64,000 bases of DNA, from the NCBI GenBank assembly GCA_965198175.1, contig OZ240245.1, positions 3,744,001-3,808,000 of the forward strand, read 5' to 3'. The translations under genes and the position numbers were made by a program. This DNA is from Candidatus Poribacteria bacterium. GTDB lineage: Bacteria; Poribacteria; WGA-4E; PCPOR2b. Under the pieces are notes generated by a model. That model saw only the letters and a program-made list of their open reading frames with translations, was not told where the DNA came from and did not search any database. Below are positions 49,671 to 60,264 of this stretch, one piece after another; within the stretch, counting starts at the first letter, position 1; each line of letters starts with the position of its first letter.

Positions 49671-50459
49671 TTAATGGAACAGGCAACCGCCGTTGATGTT
49701 GAGAGCCTGTCCCGTAAGGTATGCGCCCTCTGATGAAGCCAGGTACACGACAGCGGCGCCGATGTCGTCGGGTGTACCTTGTTTGCCCAGCGGGATACTC
49801 TCTTTGACAAGCTGATTCATCTCCTCGAAGGTGATACCACGTATCTCGGCTTCGTCTCGCAGCGCTTGCCAGTGCATCTCGGTCGCCATGTTTCCTGGGC
49901 AGATGCTGTTAGCACGTACACCATAGGGCGCCAACTCTAGGGCGAGGGTTTCTGTCATACGGATGACCGCCGATTTTGATGCGCAGTACACACCGAAATT
50001 GGCGAAGCCTTGCTTGCCATACCAAGAACCGAGGTTAATAATGCAGCCGCTACCTTGCTCGCGCATCACACGGGCAGCGGCTCGACAGCCGTTGAACACC
50101 CCGCGTAAGTTGACACCGATAACCCGGTCAAAGATTTCGTCCGACGTCTCCGCTACCGGTACCATTGGCTGTACGACGCCCGCGTTGTTGACAATCAAAT
50201 CCACCCCACCCAGTCGCTCGACGACCTGATCTATCATCGCATCCACCGATGAGGCTGATGTGACATCAACGTTAATAGGGAAGCCACCGTTCTCAGGGAA
50301 ACGTTCCCGGACGGCCGCCCATGTCTCTTCGACTTGGGGTTGTATGTCGGCGGGTACAACATCGGCGCCTTCAGCCGCCAGCCGCAACACCGTACCCCGT
50401 CCCAACCCCTGGGCGGCTCCAGTAACGATTGCTACCTGCTCCTCCAAAAGTCCGCTCAT
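49671..50459 (-). CDS. SDR oxidoreductase
   Basis: TGAAQGLG, NNAG, YCASK. Confidence 0.92.
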   Translation of the reverse strand: MSGLLEEQVAIVTGAAQGLGRGTVLRLAAEGADVVPADIQPQVEETWAAVRERFPENGGFPINVDVTSASSVDAMIDQVVERLGGVDLIVNNAGVVQPMVPVAETSDEIFDRVIGVNLRGVFNGCRAAARVMREQGSGCIINLGSWYGKQGFANFGVYCASKSAVIRMTETLALELAPYGVRANSICPGNMATEMHWQALRDEAEIRGITFEEMNQLVKESIPLGKQGTPDDIGAAVVYLASSEGAYLTGQALNINGGCLFH

Positions 50460-50517
50460 CCTCCTCCTCCTTGAAACAACTGAGTAATAGCTGCGATCGA
50501 CGGTTGGGGTACAGTCA

Positions 50518-51747
50518 CTAATAGTTCACACCGCAACCTATCAACTCTTCGCACGGAAATTTGGTGATAACATCAATTCCAGTCGAAGTGACGACAACCT
50601 CCTCCTCAATTCGAGCGCCGTCCATTCCTTCAGCATCATATGTTTCGACAGCGATTACCATTCCCTCTTGGAACTCGACGGGATGGTCCAGACTATACAA
50701 CCTGGACACGATGGGACGTTCCCATAAACCGACGCCAAGCCCGTGTGCGTATGCCAAACCGAACGCTTGAGACTCGTTTTCGAAACCCCAGTAGTCCGCC
50801 GAGGGCCACGCACCCGCAAGATCCGCTGTGGTTGCACCCGGGCGAATGACCTCCATACCGGCGCGCAGCATGTCGTATGTGCGTTTGTAGATCCCCTTTT
50901 GTCGCTGTGTCGGCTTGCCGCAGCAAATCGTTCGGTAGTAACATGTCTGGTAACCGTTATACATCATCTGGATGTCGAGGAAGACTAGGTCGCCTGGCTG
51001 TACAAGCCGATCCGAGCTCAGATGTGGGTGTGGATGCGTGCGTGAACCGCTGGTGACTTGCACATTGAGCACCCACTGACTGCCTAGCCTGTGGAGTTCG
51101 TGGGAGGCTACGGCTTGAATGTCGTTCTCGCGTATACCCGGTCGGAGCGTTCGCGCCACACAGTCAAAAGCCGCATCGACTGTGGCAGCCGCATTGCGCA
51201 TAATCTGAATCTCATCATCGGTCTTAATCAGCCTGGCTTTCATCATGACATCTTGACCGTCAACAAATCGAACGCCTTCCTTCTGTAGCGCCAAGATTAA
51301 TTGAGAGTCAAGGACATCTATACCGATAGGTTCTTTGGGGCTGATGCCGTTCTCATCAAGTACCATCCGCAAATCCCTGATAAACTTCTTGTGCGCATCC
51401 CAGTTGCTGGGCAAGGCGCCGAACAGAGTAGTATGCGCAGGGTATGCGCGATTAGCAATCCAGGGGCAATGCAGTTTTTCGGCGGCAACCTCCGATCCAA
51501 ACCCGAAGATGTATGGTTCACCGTTGCGAGGTACAATGGCGTAACGACCCATGTTGTCAATTTCAGGCGAACATACGGCTGTCGATGTCGCGTAGCGCTT
51601 ATTGTGGTTATCAAAGAGCAGCAAGCAGCCAAAATCGGTCTTCTCCAGTTCCGCTTTTACTCGGTCCAGGCGGTCCTTGCGCAATCGATCGAAGTTGATC
51701 CGCTCCTCGTAGTCAACGCCCATTGTTCCCTGTGTTCCAAATTTCAT
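50518..51747 (-). CDS. M24 (pita-bread fold) Xaa-Pro peptidase-like hydrolase
   Basis: ARLIKT.DEI, GDLVFLD, HGLG, VE, RIEE.VVVT. Confidence 0.85.
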   Translation of the reverse strand: MKFGTQGTMGVDYEERINFDRLRKDRLDRVKAELEKTDFGCLLLFDNHNKRYATSTAVCSPEIDNMGRYAIVPRNGEPYIFGFGSEVAAEKLHCPWIANRAYPAHTTLFGALPSNWDAHKKFIRDLRMVLDENGISPKEPIGIDVLDSQLILALQKEGVRFVDGQDVMMKARLIKTDDEIQIMRNAAATVDAAFDCVARTLRPGIRENDIQAVASHELHRLGSQWVLNVQVTSGSRTHPHPHLSSDRLVQPGDLVFLDIQMMYNGYQTCYYRTICCGKPTQRQKGIYKRTYDMLRAGMEVIRPGATTADLAGAWPSADYWGFENESQAFGLAYAHGLGVGLWERPIVSRLYSLDHPVEFQEGMVIAVETYDAEGMDGARIEEEVVVTSTGIDVITKFPCEELIGCGVNY

Positions 51748-51765
51748 AGCAAGTTCTCCTCCTAA

Positions 51766-52152
51766 TTATTTTACCGTCGATTCAAAAATTTGCATGACCT
51801 CGAAGACGAGACCGTTGGGAGATCGGAAAAAGGCGAGGCGGCGTGAACCGAACCTGCCACTGATTGTCTTCGGTTCAACAAGTACTTCTGTACCCAGACC
51901 TACGATCTCCTCGTATGCCGCTTCAAAATCTTCCACCTCAAACACAGCATGAGTCAATCCGGGCATAGGCTGATAGTCGAGCTTGTCTTCGAAGGCTAGA
52001 TTTGGCGTCAAAAAGAGGCGAGTTCCACCAAACGCCAGCAGTGCCGTACCGCCTTCACGCAGCAAAACTTCGGCGCCCAGCGCTTCAAGAAAATTGACTT
52101 CCCGATCGAGATCCTCAACTTTGATGCCAATGTTCCACAAGCTTGAATCCAT
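51766..52152 (-). CDS. VOC/glyoxalase family protein
   Basis: IGIKVEDL, HAVFEVED, FFRSPNG..FE. Confidence 0.85.
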   Translation of the reverse strand: MDSSLWNIGIKVEDLDREVNFLEALGAEVLLREGGTALLAFGGTRLFLTPNLAFEDKLDYQPMPGLTHAVFEVEDFEAAYEEIVGLGTEVLVEPKTISGRFGSRRLAFFRSPNGLVFEVMQIFESTVK

Positions 52153-52182
52153 AGTTCACCATCCTTGCTGTGAGCAGTAAAG

Positions 52183-54555
52183 TCAGACAAATAAACCGCA
52201 GCGATTTAACGCTAACAGCGTGGCTTCAACGATACCCTCGGGGTCAATCCCAAAATGCTTATAGAGATCGGTGCGTCCACCGGATTGTCCAAACTCGTCC
52301 ACGCCGAGAGGAACGACCAACGACCCATAAACGCTGCCTAACCATGCCAGGGCGTGAGATGCTCCGTCATGAACAGTGATAATAGGTGCATGCCTTTCGC
52401 TTGTTGGAATCAGCCAATCAAATGGACCGGGGGCATCTTCCCACTGCATAGTTTGCCAAGCCTCAAACAATCGACGGGGACTGGTCAGGTTCAGCACATT
52501 GACCGCGATTCCCTTCCGGTGCAGCGCGCTCACGGCTCCAGCTACCTCTGGAACCATCGTGCCTGTTGTTGCAATGTGCACCAGGCGTTCTTTGGGGCAG
52601 GTTGGGTCCGCCGTACGCCAATCGATAAGCCGGTAACCGCCGGCGAGGACCTGATGCCGCATTTCGTCCACTCCCAGTCGCGCCATAGCTGACGCAAATA
52701 GTTCATTGTCGATGGGCTTGGTGGAAAGGCGCAAATAGGTTGAGCGTCCATGCGTCCGGTCACAACACTGACGCAGGGCATCGAGCAAAATCCACTCTAA
52801 TTCTTTCGCAAAACACGGTTCGTAAGCATTCAGCCCCGGCAACTCAGCGCCCAGCGAGGGGGTAACAGTGGACTGATGCGCGCCCCCTTCTGGAGACAAC
52901 GTTATTCCTGACGGGGTTCCGGCAAAAATGAACTTCGCGCCTGAATACTGCGCATAAATCAGCGCGTCAAGACCTCGACAGATAAATGGATCGTAGACCG
53001 TGCCGATAGGAATCAGATGTTGTCCACAAAGCTCTGCTGACAGCCCAAACATGCCCAGCATCATGAAAAAGTTCATCTCAGAGATGCCCAACTCAATATG
53101 CTGTCCCTGCGGACCGTACTTCCACTTTCGGAGTTCACTGGCTTCGGTCTCGTAGTCCGGCAATTCCTGCGGTGCAAAGATACCCATCTTGTTAACCCAG
53201 CTCGACATGCCAGTAGACGACGTTACATCAGGCGATGCAGTGATAATGCGATTGGACAACTTCGGCACCCGCGTCAGTTGCAGCAGCAGACGTCCAAATG
53301 CCTGCTGAGTACTCAAGACACCTTTGGCTGGTATGGAGAGCGTATCGGGTATATCACTGGGAGAGAGCGTCGCAGGCGGTGTGGTATGCGTAGGATATAG
53401 CTCGGATGCGATTTCATCACACAGTTGTCCGGACGGTGAAGCAGCATCAAATCGCGCCCAATCATCGTCATGAGGGATGTCCAAGGTCTCCCGCAGGGCA
53501 GCAATCTGCTTTTCATTCAGCAGCATGGAATGATTGAGCGGGTGACCCGCAATCGGCAATCCCCAACCTTTGATGGTGTACGCGAAAATTATTGTTGGCT
53601 GTTCGGGCACCTCATCCACCTGTGAAAGTACACTCAGTAGCTCTTCCAGATCGTGACCTCCCAAGTTGCTAAGCACAGACGGCAGGGCATCGTCAGGCAC
53701 GATTTGAATCACCGGGGCAAGCTCTGACGAATCGACGCCATCACCACTGAGGAGATGACGACGAATCTGCTCTCCAGGCAGACGAATGACCGCCTGATAT
53801 TCCTCATTGCTCATGTCGTCAATGCGTTGGCGTAATGCACTCCCGCCTGGCTGCTCAAAAAGATCCTGGAGTGTACGACCATACTTAGTCTCAAGCACCT
53901 GCCAGCCGCTCTCTTCGAAGAGACGTTTAAGTTGACCGGCTCGAATGCCCGGTACAACTCGGTCAAGGCTCTGACGGTTGAGATCGACAATCCATAGCAG
54001 GTTGCCTAACCCCGTTAGCGATTGCTCAAGAATTGCCTCCCACACGTTGCCTTCGTCCAATTCAGCATCGCCGATGAGCCCAACAAAGCGCCGGGAATTC
54101 GCCTGACCGAAGTGAGACATGGCATAGTGATGGGCTAAGGCTCCAAACGCGGGTGCGACCGCGCCTAGCCCCACTGAGCCTGTCGAAAAATCAACAATAT
54201 CTGGGTCTTTGGTTCGACTTGGGTAAGCTTGTAGCCCGCCATACGATCGAAACCGGGTCAGGTATTCCTTGGGCAGTTGACCCAAAAGGTACTGGATTGC
54301 GTGAAAGACAGGGGAGGCATGCGGCTTGACGGAGATTCGATCGCCCGCCTTCAGAAAATGGAAATAGAGCGCTGTCATGATCGAAACGACCGACGCCGAT
54401 GATGCCTGATGACCGCCGACCTTCGTCCCGTCAGGATTCGTGCGCACCTGGTTCGCATGATGCACAATAAGCGTTGCAAGCCACAGCACGCGCTGCTGAA
54501 TGGTATTCAAGGTCTCTAGCAGTTCTGGTGGAACCGACCGACGGTGGATTTCCAA
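52183..54555 (-). CDS. ThDP-dependent AceE-like/transketolase-like enzyme
   Basis: KVGGHQASSAS, STGSVGLG, GDAELDEGN...NRQSLD, ELGISE, PEGGAHQS. Confidence 0.88.
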   Translation of the reverse strand: MEIHRRSVPPELLETLNTIQQRVLWLATLIVHHANQVRTNPDGTKVGGHQASSASVVSIMTALYFHFLKAGDRISVKPHASPVFHAIQYLLGQLPKEYLTRFRSYGGLQAYPSRTKDPDIVDFSTGSVGLGAVAPAFGALAHHYAMSHFGQANSRRFVGLIGDAELDEGNVWEAILEQSLTGLGNLLWIVDLNRQSLDRVVPGIRAGQLKRLFEESGWQVLETKYGRTLQDLFEQPGGSALRQRIDDMSNEEYQAVIRLPGEQIRRHLLSGDGVDSSELAPVIQIVPDDALPSVLSNLGGHDLEELLSVLSQVDEVPEQPTIIFAYTIKGWGLPIAGHPLNHSMLLNEKQIAALRETLDIPHDDDWARFDAASPSGQLCDEIASELYPTHTTPPATLSPSDIPDTLSIPAKGVLSTQQAFGRLLLQLTRVPKLSNRIITASPDVTSSTGMSSWVNKMGIFAPQELPDYETEASELRKWKYGPQGQHIELGISEMNFFMMLGMFGLSAELCGQHLIPIGTVYDPFICRGLDALIYAQYSGAKFIFAGTPSGITLSPEGGAHQSTVTPSLGAELPGLNAYEPCFAKELEWILLDALRQCCDRTHGRSTYLRLSTKPIDNELFASAMARLGVDEMRHQVLAGGYRLIDWRTADPTCPKERLVHIATTGTMVPEVAGAVSALHRKGIAVNVLNLTSPRRLFEAWQTMQWEDAPGPFDWLIPTSERHAPIITVHDGASHALAWLGSVYGSLVVPLGVDEFGQSGGRTDLYKHFGIDPEGIVEATLLALNRCGLFV

Positions 54556-54663
54556 AGCCTTCCTCCTATTGTCTGCAGAGAAGTTGTATCTTTATTCGCC
54601 TGTCTGAACCGTGCCGTCTAAACTATCAGCGCCCCATGTAACGTTCGATTTTGAGGTACCGAT

Positions 54664-55830
54664 TTAGGATTGAAATACGTTTTCCCAACACTCCGTTTCC
54701 CACGAGCGTTGAATTGCCGCTTGCACCCTCGCTACAGCTAGGGCTTCGGCGAATCCGGGCACGCTCTGCTCGCCATTTACAATGGATTTCAAGAATTGGT
54801 GAAGTTCAATGACCTTGAGATCTTCATACCCTAAACCGATCCCCGGTCCGGGATTGAACCGCGCGTGGAATGGGTGCTCTGGGCCACCCACGATGCGGGT
54901 ATAGCCATCGTGGCTACCATCCTCATCGGGGAGATAGAGGTGGAGTTCATTCATCCGCTCAAAATCCCAGTTTAGTGCGCCATGCGTTCCATTCACCTCA
55001 AAAGCCATCTGACACTTTGGACCGTTGATGATTCGACACGCCTCTAGTGTGCCGTGGACGCCATTGGTGAACTGCACCAACGCTCCAGTATAATCTTCGT
55101 TGGTAACATCGCCCATGGGACCCTCTGTGCGGATGGAAAAATGCGTACCTTCGCCGGGGGTGGCAAGCGGACGTTGAGGGATAAACGTTTCACGGTTGCC
55201 GACCACACGCACGATGGGTCCAGCGATCATGTGTGCCAAATCCGCGACGTGCGACATGAGATCGCCTAGGGTTCCCAGACCAGCGAGCTCACGTTGAAAG
55301 CGCCACGACAGTACGCCGTGTGGATTCTTCGCATAACCTGTAAAAAAGCGCCCTCGATAGTGAGTCAGCTCTCCCAGCCGCCCTTGCTGAATTAGTTGGT
55401 GCGCATACTGTACAAGCGGCGCCCACCGGTAATTATAACCCACAAAGCTCAGAACCCCACCCCGGCGTGCCGCCCCCTCAATGTCGGCTGTTTCCTCCGG
55501 ATTGCGACCGACGGGCTTCTCACAGAAAATATGCTTACCCGCGCCGGCTGCCGCACGCACAATTTCTAAGTGCATAAAGTTGGGGGTGGTGATATTCACA
55601 ACCTCAACGTCCGAGTCGAAAATGACCTGCTGCCAGTCTGTGGTGTATCGCTCAAACCCGAAAAGAGATTGGGCTTGGCGCGCGCGAACTTCTACTTCAT
55701 CGGCGCAGAACACCAAACGCGGTTGGATGCCGCTATCGTGGAATCGATCCGGGATCTGTCGGTAGGATCGGCTATGCGCCATACCCATCCACCCGAATCC
55801 AATCACCCCAACGCCAATTGTTCGCGCCAT
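54664..55830 (-). CDS. Gfo/Idh/MocA oxidoreductase (inositol dehydrogenase-like)
   Basis: [18 protein letters not shown]. Confidence 0.9.
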   Translation of the reverse strand: MARTIGVGVIGFGWMGMAHSRSYRQIPDRFHDSGIQPRLVFCADEVEVRARQAQSLFGFERYTTDWQQVIFDSDVEVVNITTPNFMHLEIVRAAAGAGKHIFCEKPVGRNPEETADIEGAARRGGVLSFVGYNYRWAPLVQYAHQLIQQGRLGELTHYRGRFFTGYAKNPHGVLSWRFQRELAGLGTLGDLMSHVADLAHMIAGPIVRVVGNRETFIPQRPLATPGEGTHFSIRTEGPMGDVTNEDYTGALVQFTNGVHGTLEACRIINGPKCQMAFEVNGTHGALNWDFERMNELHLYLPDEDGSHDGYTRIVGGPEHPFHARFNPGPGIGLGYEDLKVIELHQFLKSIVNGEQSVPGFAEALAVARVQAAIQRSWETECWENVFQS

Positions 55831-56001
55831 CGTTTTTCTCCCAGCTAATAAAGAAAAAATGGGTGTATCCTTCGGGGAAGGAAGCCTAATTTCATGGAGT
55901 GGCTACGGCTTGCACAATTTCCTACACCGATTCCCCCGCTTCCGAAGTTCAGGGCTGAGGGGTACAGCCCAATCTTATTGCAACACGCTCGGACATGAAA
56001 C

Positions 56002-56838
56002 TTATCGCCACCTCGCCCAGCCGCTAGGATCGGATGCGCTAAACGGCCAGCCGGCTCCACCAACGACGTGGAACTCGTCTGATTTTCCGCAGAGCCAGTA
56101 GAACATCTCAGACACGCGCAGAACAGATTGCCACTTTCGGGCAGGACCACAAAAGTAACCATTGGTATATGAGTAGTCGGCATTCGCGAAATGGAAGTTG
56201 CGGTCCATTATCCAGTCTCGCTGCGGAGGAACGGTTCGCCAAGAGACCCATTTCAACACGTTGCGAGTGGACAAATCAGTCTTTTCCGACTGCCGGTGCC
56301 AAATCGAGTAAGCTGTGAAAAATACTGAGCCAGGGGGCCCAACGGTCGCCACTTGACCGGCGAGATGACCAAAGTGCTCTAATTCTTCCCTAGGGATTGG
56401 CACAAGGTGAGACCCCGGCAGAAATAGGGTTGGGCCCATTTCTCTGGTGTTGGTCTGGGGAATATAGAAGACCTGAAGCAGATTACAAATTCGCTCAAAC
56501 TTTGAACCGGCATCCATGTGCCAATTTCTTGCCTTTTTGTGCCCGACCAGACGATGGTTTGCCATCCAATCCGGCAACTGGAAACGCTCTCCGAGTAGAG
56601 ATCTTGTAACGCCAGCAACTTCAGGATGGAGAAGCACTTCTTGGATGAATCGTCCCTCTTCACCCAGCTTCTGGGAGTCGTTGCCCTCCTGATTGAGATA
56701 CTCGCATACCCAACGATTTGTCCGGTCTGGTATTACTCCCTCAAGTACGAAAAGCCCCTTCTTGCAGAAGTCGAGTACATCGTGATCCGTCATCGTTGGC
56801 TTTATGCCGCCGGGCGCGCGTCGTAACTCATGTGACAT
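56002..56838 (-). CDS. Phytanoyl-CoA dioxygenase (PhyH) family Fe/2OG oxygenase
   Basis: WHMD, GPT...PGSH, WHR; start set at MSHEL (56838). Confidence 0.85.
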   Translation of the reverse strand: MSHELRRAPGGIKPTMTDHDVLDFCKKGLFVLEGVIPDRTNRWVCEYLNQEGNDSQKLGEEGRFIQEVLLHPEVAGVTRSLLGERFQLPDWMANHRLVGHKKARNWHMDAGSKFERICNLLQVFYIPQTNTREMGPTLFLPGSHLVPIPREELEHFGHLAGQVATVGPPGSVFFTAYSIWHRQSEKTDLSTRNVLKWVSWRTVPPQRDWIMDRNFHFANADYSYTNGYFCGPARKWQSVLRVSEMFYWLCGKSDEFHVVGGAGWPFSASDPSGWARWR

Positions 56839-56842
56839 CAGT

Positions 56843-57205
56843 TTAACCCCATTTTTCGAGGATGAATTCACAGACAATATGCGTATCCTGAGTGTGTCCG
56901 ACTGGCAGTTGTACCGGAAACCGAATCACCCGCCAGCCTTCATTGATTGCATCCAACACAGTTTTGTAAGGCCAGTCGACCGGATCGAACGGGCCGTTGG
57001 AGACCACTCCGGATTCGACCACCAGCATACCAATTACTTCGGCAGTGACAGCGGTGGTTGCAGTCTGCAAGTAGAGCAAACTCTGGCGCTTGGTGTCCCT
57101 TGCAGTGATCGCTGAACCCAAATCCCGGAGCCGGGCTTCCGTCAGTTTGTCTTGATCGAGTTGCTGGATGCATTCTTCTAGCAACTGCCTGGCGTCAGCG
57201 TCCAT
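56843..57205 (-). CDS. Hypothetical protein adjacent to the PhyH gene
   Basis: 120-aa ORF with GGAG RBS, ending 4 nt before the PhyH start. Confidence 0.7.
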   Translation of the reverse strand: MDADARQLLEECIQQLDQDKLTEARLRDLGSAITARDTKRQSLLYLQTATTAVTAEVIGMLVVESGVVSNGPFDPVDWPYKTVLDAINEGWRVIRFPVQLPVGHTQDTHIVCEFILEKWG

Positions 57206-57423
57206 GGTGCTCCCACTTTAGTAAAGTCGAAGAGATTTGGACCAGCAATGGCAGTCGGCATTGTCCATACCATCATCTTCTGGGAATAATCGGAAAACCG
57301 AATTGGGACTTGAGTGCCGTGCCTAGCTTTAAGAATTAGTTACGACCGTAATGGAGTCAGGACAGATGTTCGCCGTTCTATAACATACCGCTAAACACGA
57401 ACACCTGTCCTCACTCTTCAGGA

Positions 57424-59310
57424 CTAATAATGGAACCGTTGTAGGGGAAGCCCTTCCTCGTACTCTTGACGCCGGGATTGGGTCTCCGGATCCTCGCTTG
57501 ATTCGGCTGCAGCGATGTCCCACCACACACCAGAGTCAGGCAGATAGTGATGCGGCTCCACGTCTGCGACAATTACGCACGTCTGACTTTCGCCGCGGGC
57601 TTCGCGCAACGCATGACGGACACCCTCCGGGGTTGTCATATGCCAAGCTTTCGCGCCGAAACTCGCCGCATTCTGTGCGAAGTCTATCTTCATATAGCCC
57701 CCTTCAAGAAGATTCTTCTCCATATCCCGGGACCGGAATTCATTCCCGAAACTCCGACCTGCGCGAAGCATCTGAAGCGCACGGATGGATTGAAACCCGT
57801 GATTCTCCGAGATTACGAGCGTGAGTTTCAGATTGTCCTGCATTGAGGTCACCAACTCCGTGGGATTCATTAAGTAGGTGCCGTCGCCGATAAACACATA
57901 GACCTCACCCTCTGGCTGCGTCATCCGAACCCCCAGACCCGCAGGGATTTCGTAGCTCATGCACGAAAAACCGAATTCCAAGTGGCACGACCGTCCGCCA
58001 GTTGCATCCCACATTTTGAGTAGGTCTCCAGGCGGCGTCCCCGCTGCACCGATGACGGTATCACCCGGTTGTGCTTCGTCGTTGAGCACACGAACGAGTT
58101 GCCCTTGGCTCATCGCCTCACCGGGCGTCTCTTGGGAGACTTCGTTCTCTAATAGCTGCTGCCATTCTCGATTCAACGCCGTAATTTCTTGCACATACGC
58201 TGCGTTCGGCTGGACTTCTGCTGCCTCCGCTGTTTTGGTCAACGCGACAAGCGCCTCTCGGGCGTCAGCGATGATTGGCACCCCGCCTTGCTTGTAGGCA
58301 TCGTGATTACCGACGTTGATGTTGATGAATTTCACAGCCGGATTGTTGAAAGCAGATTGTGAACCGGTAGTGAAGTCCATCAAGCGCCCTCCAATGCTAA
58401 TGACCAAATCCGCTTGACTCGAGATTTTACCTGCAACCGGCGTGCCGTTGACGCCCTGTCCACCCAAAAGCAGCGGCGACGCGTTGCGAAGTGCGCCTTT
58501 GCCTGCCGACGTTTCGCTGACCGGAATCCCAAATTTTACGGAGAAGGACTGTAATTCGTCCCATGCTTCCGAGTAATGCACGCCACCGCCAGCGATAATC
58601 ATCGGACGTTCAGACGCCTTCAGTAGTTCCACCGCTTCCGAGATACGCTGGGGATCGGGCGCTCGTCGCTCAACCCGCCAGTCACGTCTTTCAAAGAAGT
58701 GGGCGGGATATTCGTAAGCGTGCGCTTGCACATCCTGTGGGAGCGACAAGGTCACTGGCCCGGTGTCGGCTGGATCGGTCAGCACCCGCATTGCTTCGGG
58801 CAACGCGGTGAGCAATTGCTCCGGTCGGGTGATGCGATCGAAGAACCGGCTGACAGGTCGGAAGCAGTCGTTGACGCTCACATCAGCTGAAACGGGGTGT
58901 TCGAGTTGCTGCAACACGGGTCCCTGGTATCGTGTGGCGTAGTAGTCCGACGGCAACAGCAAAACAGGGAGTCGGTTGGTAGCGGCCGTTGCGGCACCAG
59001 TAATCATGTTGGTGGCTCCGGGGCCGATGGACGAGGTACAAGCAAGTGTCGCCAGTCGATGATTGGCTTTGGCGAAGCCTAGAGCGGTGTGGACCATCGA
59101 CTGCTCATTTCGAGGTTGCCGGTATGGCAGTCCTTGACCACATTCACACAGCGCTTGTCCTAGCCCTGCGACGTTTCCGTGTCCGAATATACCGAAGATA
59201 GAAGGGATAAGGCGACGTGTCTTGCCGTCGCGTTCGCTGTACTGAACTTGCAGATATTTGACCAGCGCCTGCGCCATCGTCAGGCGAACGGTTTCAAGTG
59301 ATTGGGACAT
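57424..59310 (-). CDS. iolD: 3D-(3,5/4)-trihydroxycyclohexane-1,2-dione acylhydrolase
   Basis: RLTMAQAL, IFGHGNVAG, NEQSM, SIGPGATN, PVLQQLE, SCM.YEI, GDGTYLM; start ATG 59310 after GGAGG. Confidence 0.93.
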   Translation of the reverse strand: MSQSLETVRLTMAQALVKYLQVQYSERDGKTRRLIPSIFGIFGHGNVAGLGQALCECGQGLPYRQPRNEQSMVHTALGFAKANHRLATLACTSSIGPGATNMITGAATAATNRLPVLLLPSDYYATRYQGPVLQQLEHPVSADVSVNDCFRPVSRFFDRITRPEQLLTALPEAMRVLTDPADTGPVTLSLPQDVQAHAYEYPAHFFERRDWRVERRAPDPQRISEAVELLKASERPMIIAGGGVHYSEAWDELQSFSVKFGIPVSETSAGKGALRNASPLLLGGQGVNGTPVAGKISSQADLVISIGGRLMDFTTGSQSAFNNPAVKFININVGNHDAYKQGGVPIIADAREALVALTKTAEAAEVQPNAAYVQEITALNREWQQLLENEVSQETPGEAMSQGQLVRVLNDEAQPGDTVIGAAGTPPGDLLKMWDATGGRSCHLEFGFSCMSYEIPAGLGVRMTQPEGEVYVFIGDGTYLMNPTELVTSMQDNLKLTLVISENHGFQSIRALQMLRAGRSFGNEFRSRDMEKNLLEGGYMKIDFAQNAASFGAKAWHMTTPEGVRHALREARGESQTCVIVADVEPHHYLPDSGVWWDIAAAESSEDPETQSRRQEYEEGLPLQRFHY

Positions 59311-59639
59311 TCTCTTATTGCCTCCTTTTTGCTTTTGTAGTTGGTCGAGAATCAACTAATAACTCGTTTGGACTCCTTACGGATTATACGAATGGCTGTA
59401 ACGAGTAAAGAAATAATATGTAGCCCTGTTTTGTCGAGATGTGTCGCCGTCTCAACTCACGTGATATATGAAATCGCCTAAAACCTCTTGTCGCTCAATA
59501 TCTAAAATCGGCTTATCAGAAAAACGACAGTTTCACAATCGTATTTATAACACATTTTGGATACTTAAGCAATCCAAAAACGGAAGCGTTACACTCTACC
59601 CTATTAGAACCTATTTTAGAAAACCTGGTTACTAAAGAT

Positions 59640-59852
59640 ATACCATTTCCCTAAAATTCAAGCGCATTGATTGCGCAGGTCAAGTAAAGAAACTTGTGTG
59701 GAGCAGCGTAAGATGCCTTGCCACCGAGCAAAGTCGGCGGGGCAAGGGGATCTCCATCGCCCTCGCTATCCGCTCGGTTGATCCCCGCCGACGGAGAAAG
59801 AGAATGATATAACTAAAGCATCATACGCTCTATTATTGAAGCGAAATGGTAT
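59640..59852. mobile_element. MITE-like element (~213 bp)
   Basis: Terminal inverted repeats ATACCATTTC / GAAATGGTAT extending imperfectly to ~35 bp; internal stems; no ORF. Confidence 0.5.
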
Positions 59853-60061
59853 TACTAGTTGAAGAACACCCTTTAAAAACTTTGATCGGATGATACATAG
59901 GTTTTTCATGGTTATCCGAAGAACAGTGAGGACCGACAGAGACAAAGAAAGAGGGGCGATCTCGAATGATTCTCCTCCTTAAGGTAGCAGTTTGAGGCCG
60001 GTGTCAATTTTAACATAGCATCGCGTAGTGGAGATTCGTTTGGACGGTTGAGCTATGTTTC

Positions 60062-60167
60062 ATTATAGCACACTTCAAATAGGGCGGTCAAGTGACAACA
60101 AAGGTTGGATTTATGCGGACAGATGACGCAAAAAGGGATTGAAATAAGCAGCCTTTATTGCTACAAT
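60062..60167. promoter_or_regulatory. Divergent sigma70-type promoters
   Basis: Minus TTGACC-18-TATAAT (60091-60062); plus TTGAAA-17-TACAAT (60139-60167). Confidence 0.5.
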
Positions 60168-60264
60168 AATCTTAAAGCATTATTGTAGATGACGTTAGAA
60201 ACAGGGTTTTCATGAAGAACTCTGTTTCTTTACGGGAGAACTTATTAATATAAGGATTGGAAAA

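Noticed and set aside
50518..51747. DMSP lyase DddP assignment
   Set aside because: Only the fold is shared; the metal-site residues differ and nothing in the context supports it.
59845..59985. Small minus-strand gene after a strong AAGGAGG
   Set aside because: No properly spaced start codon and no recognisable product; at most a remnant.
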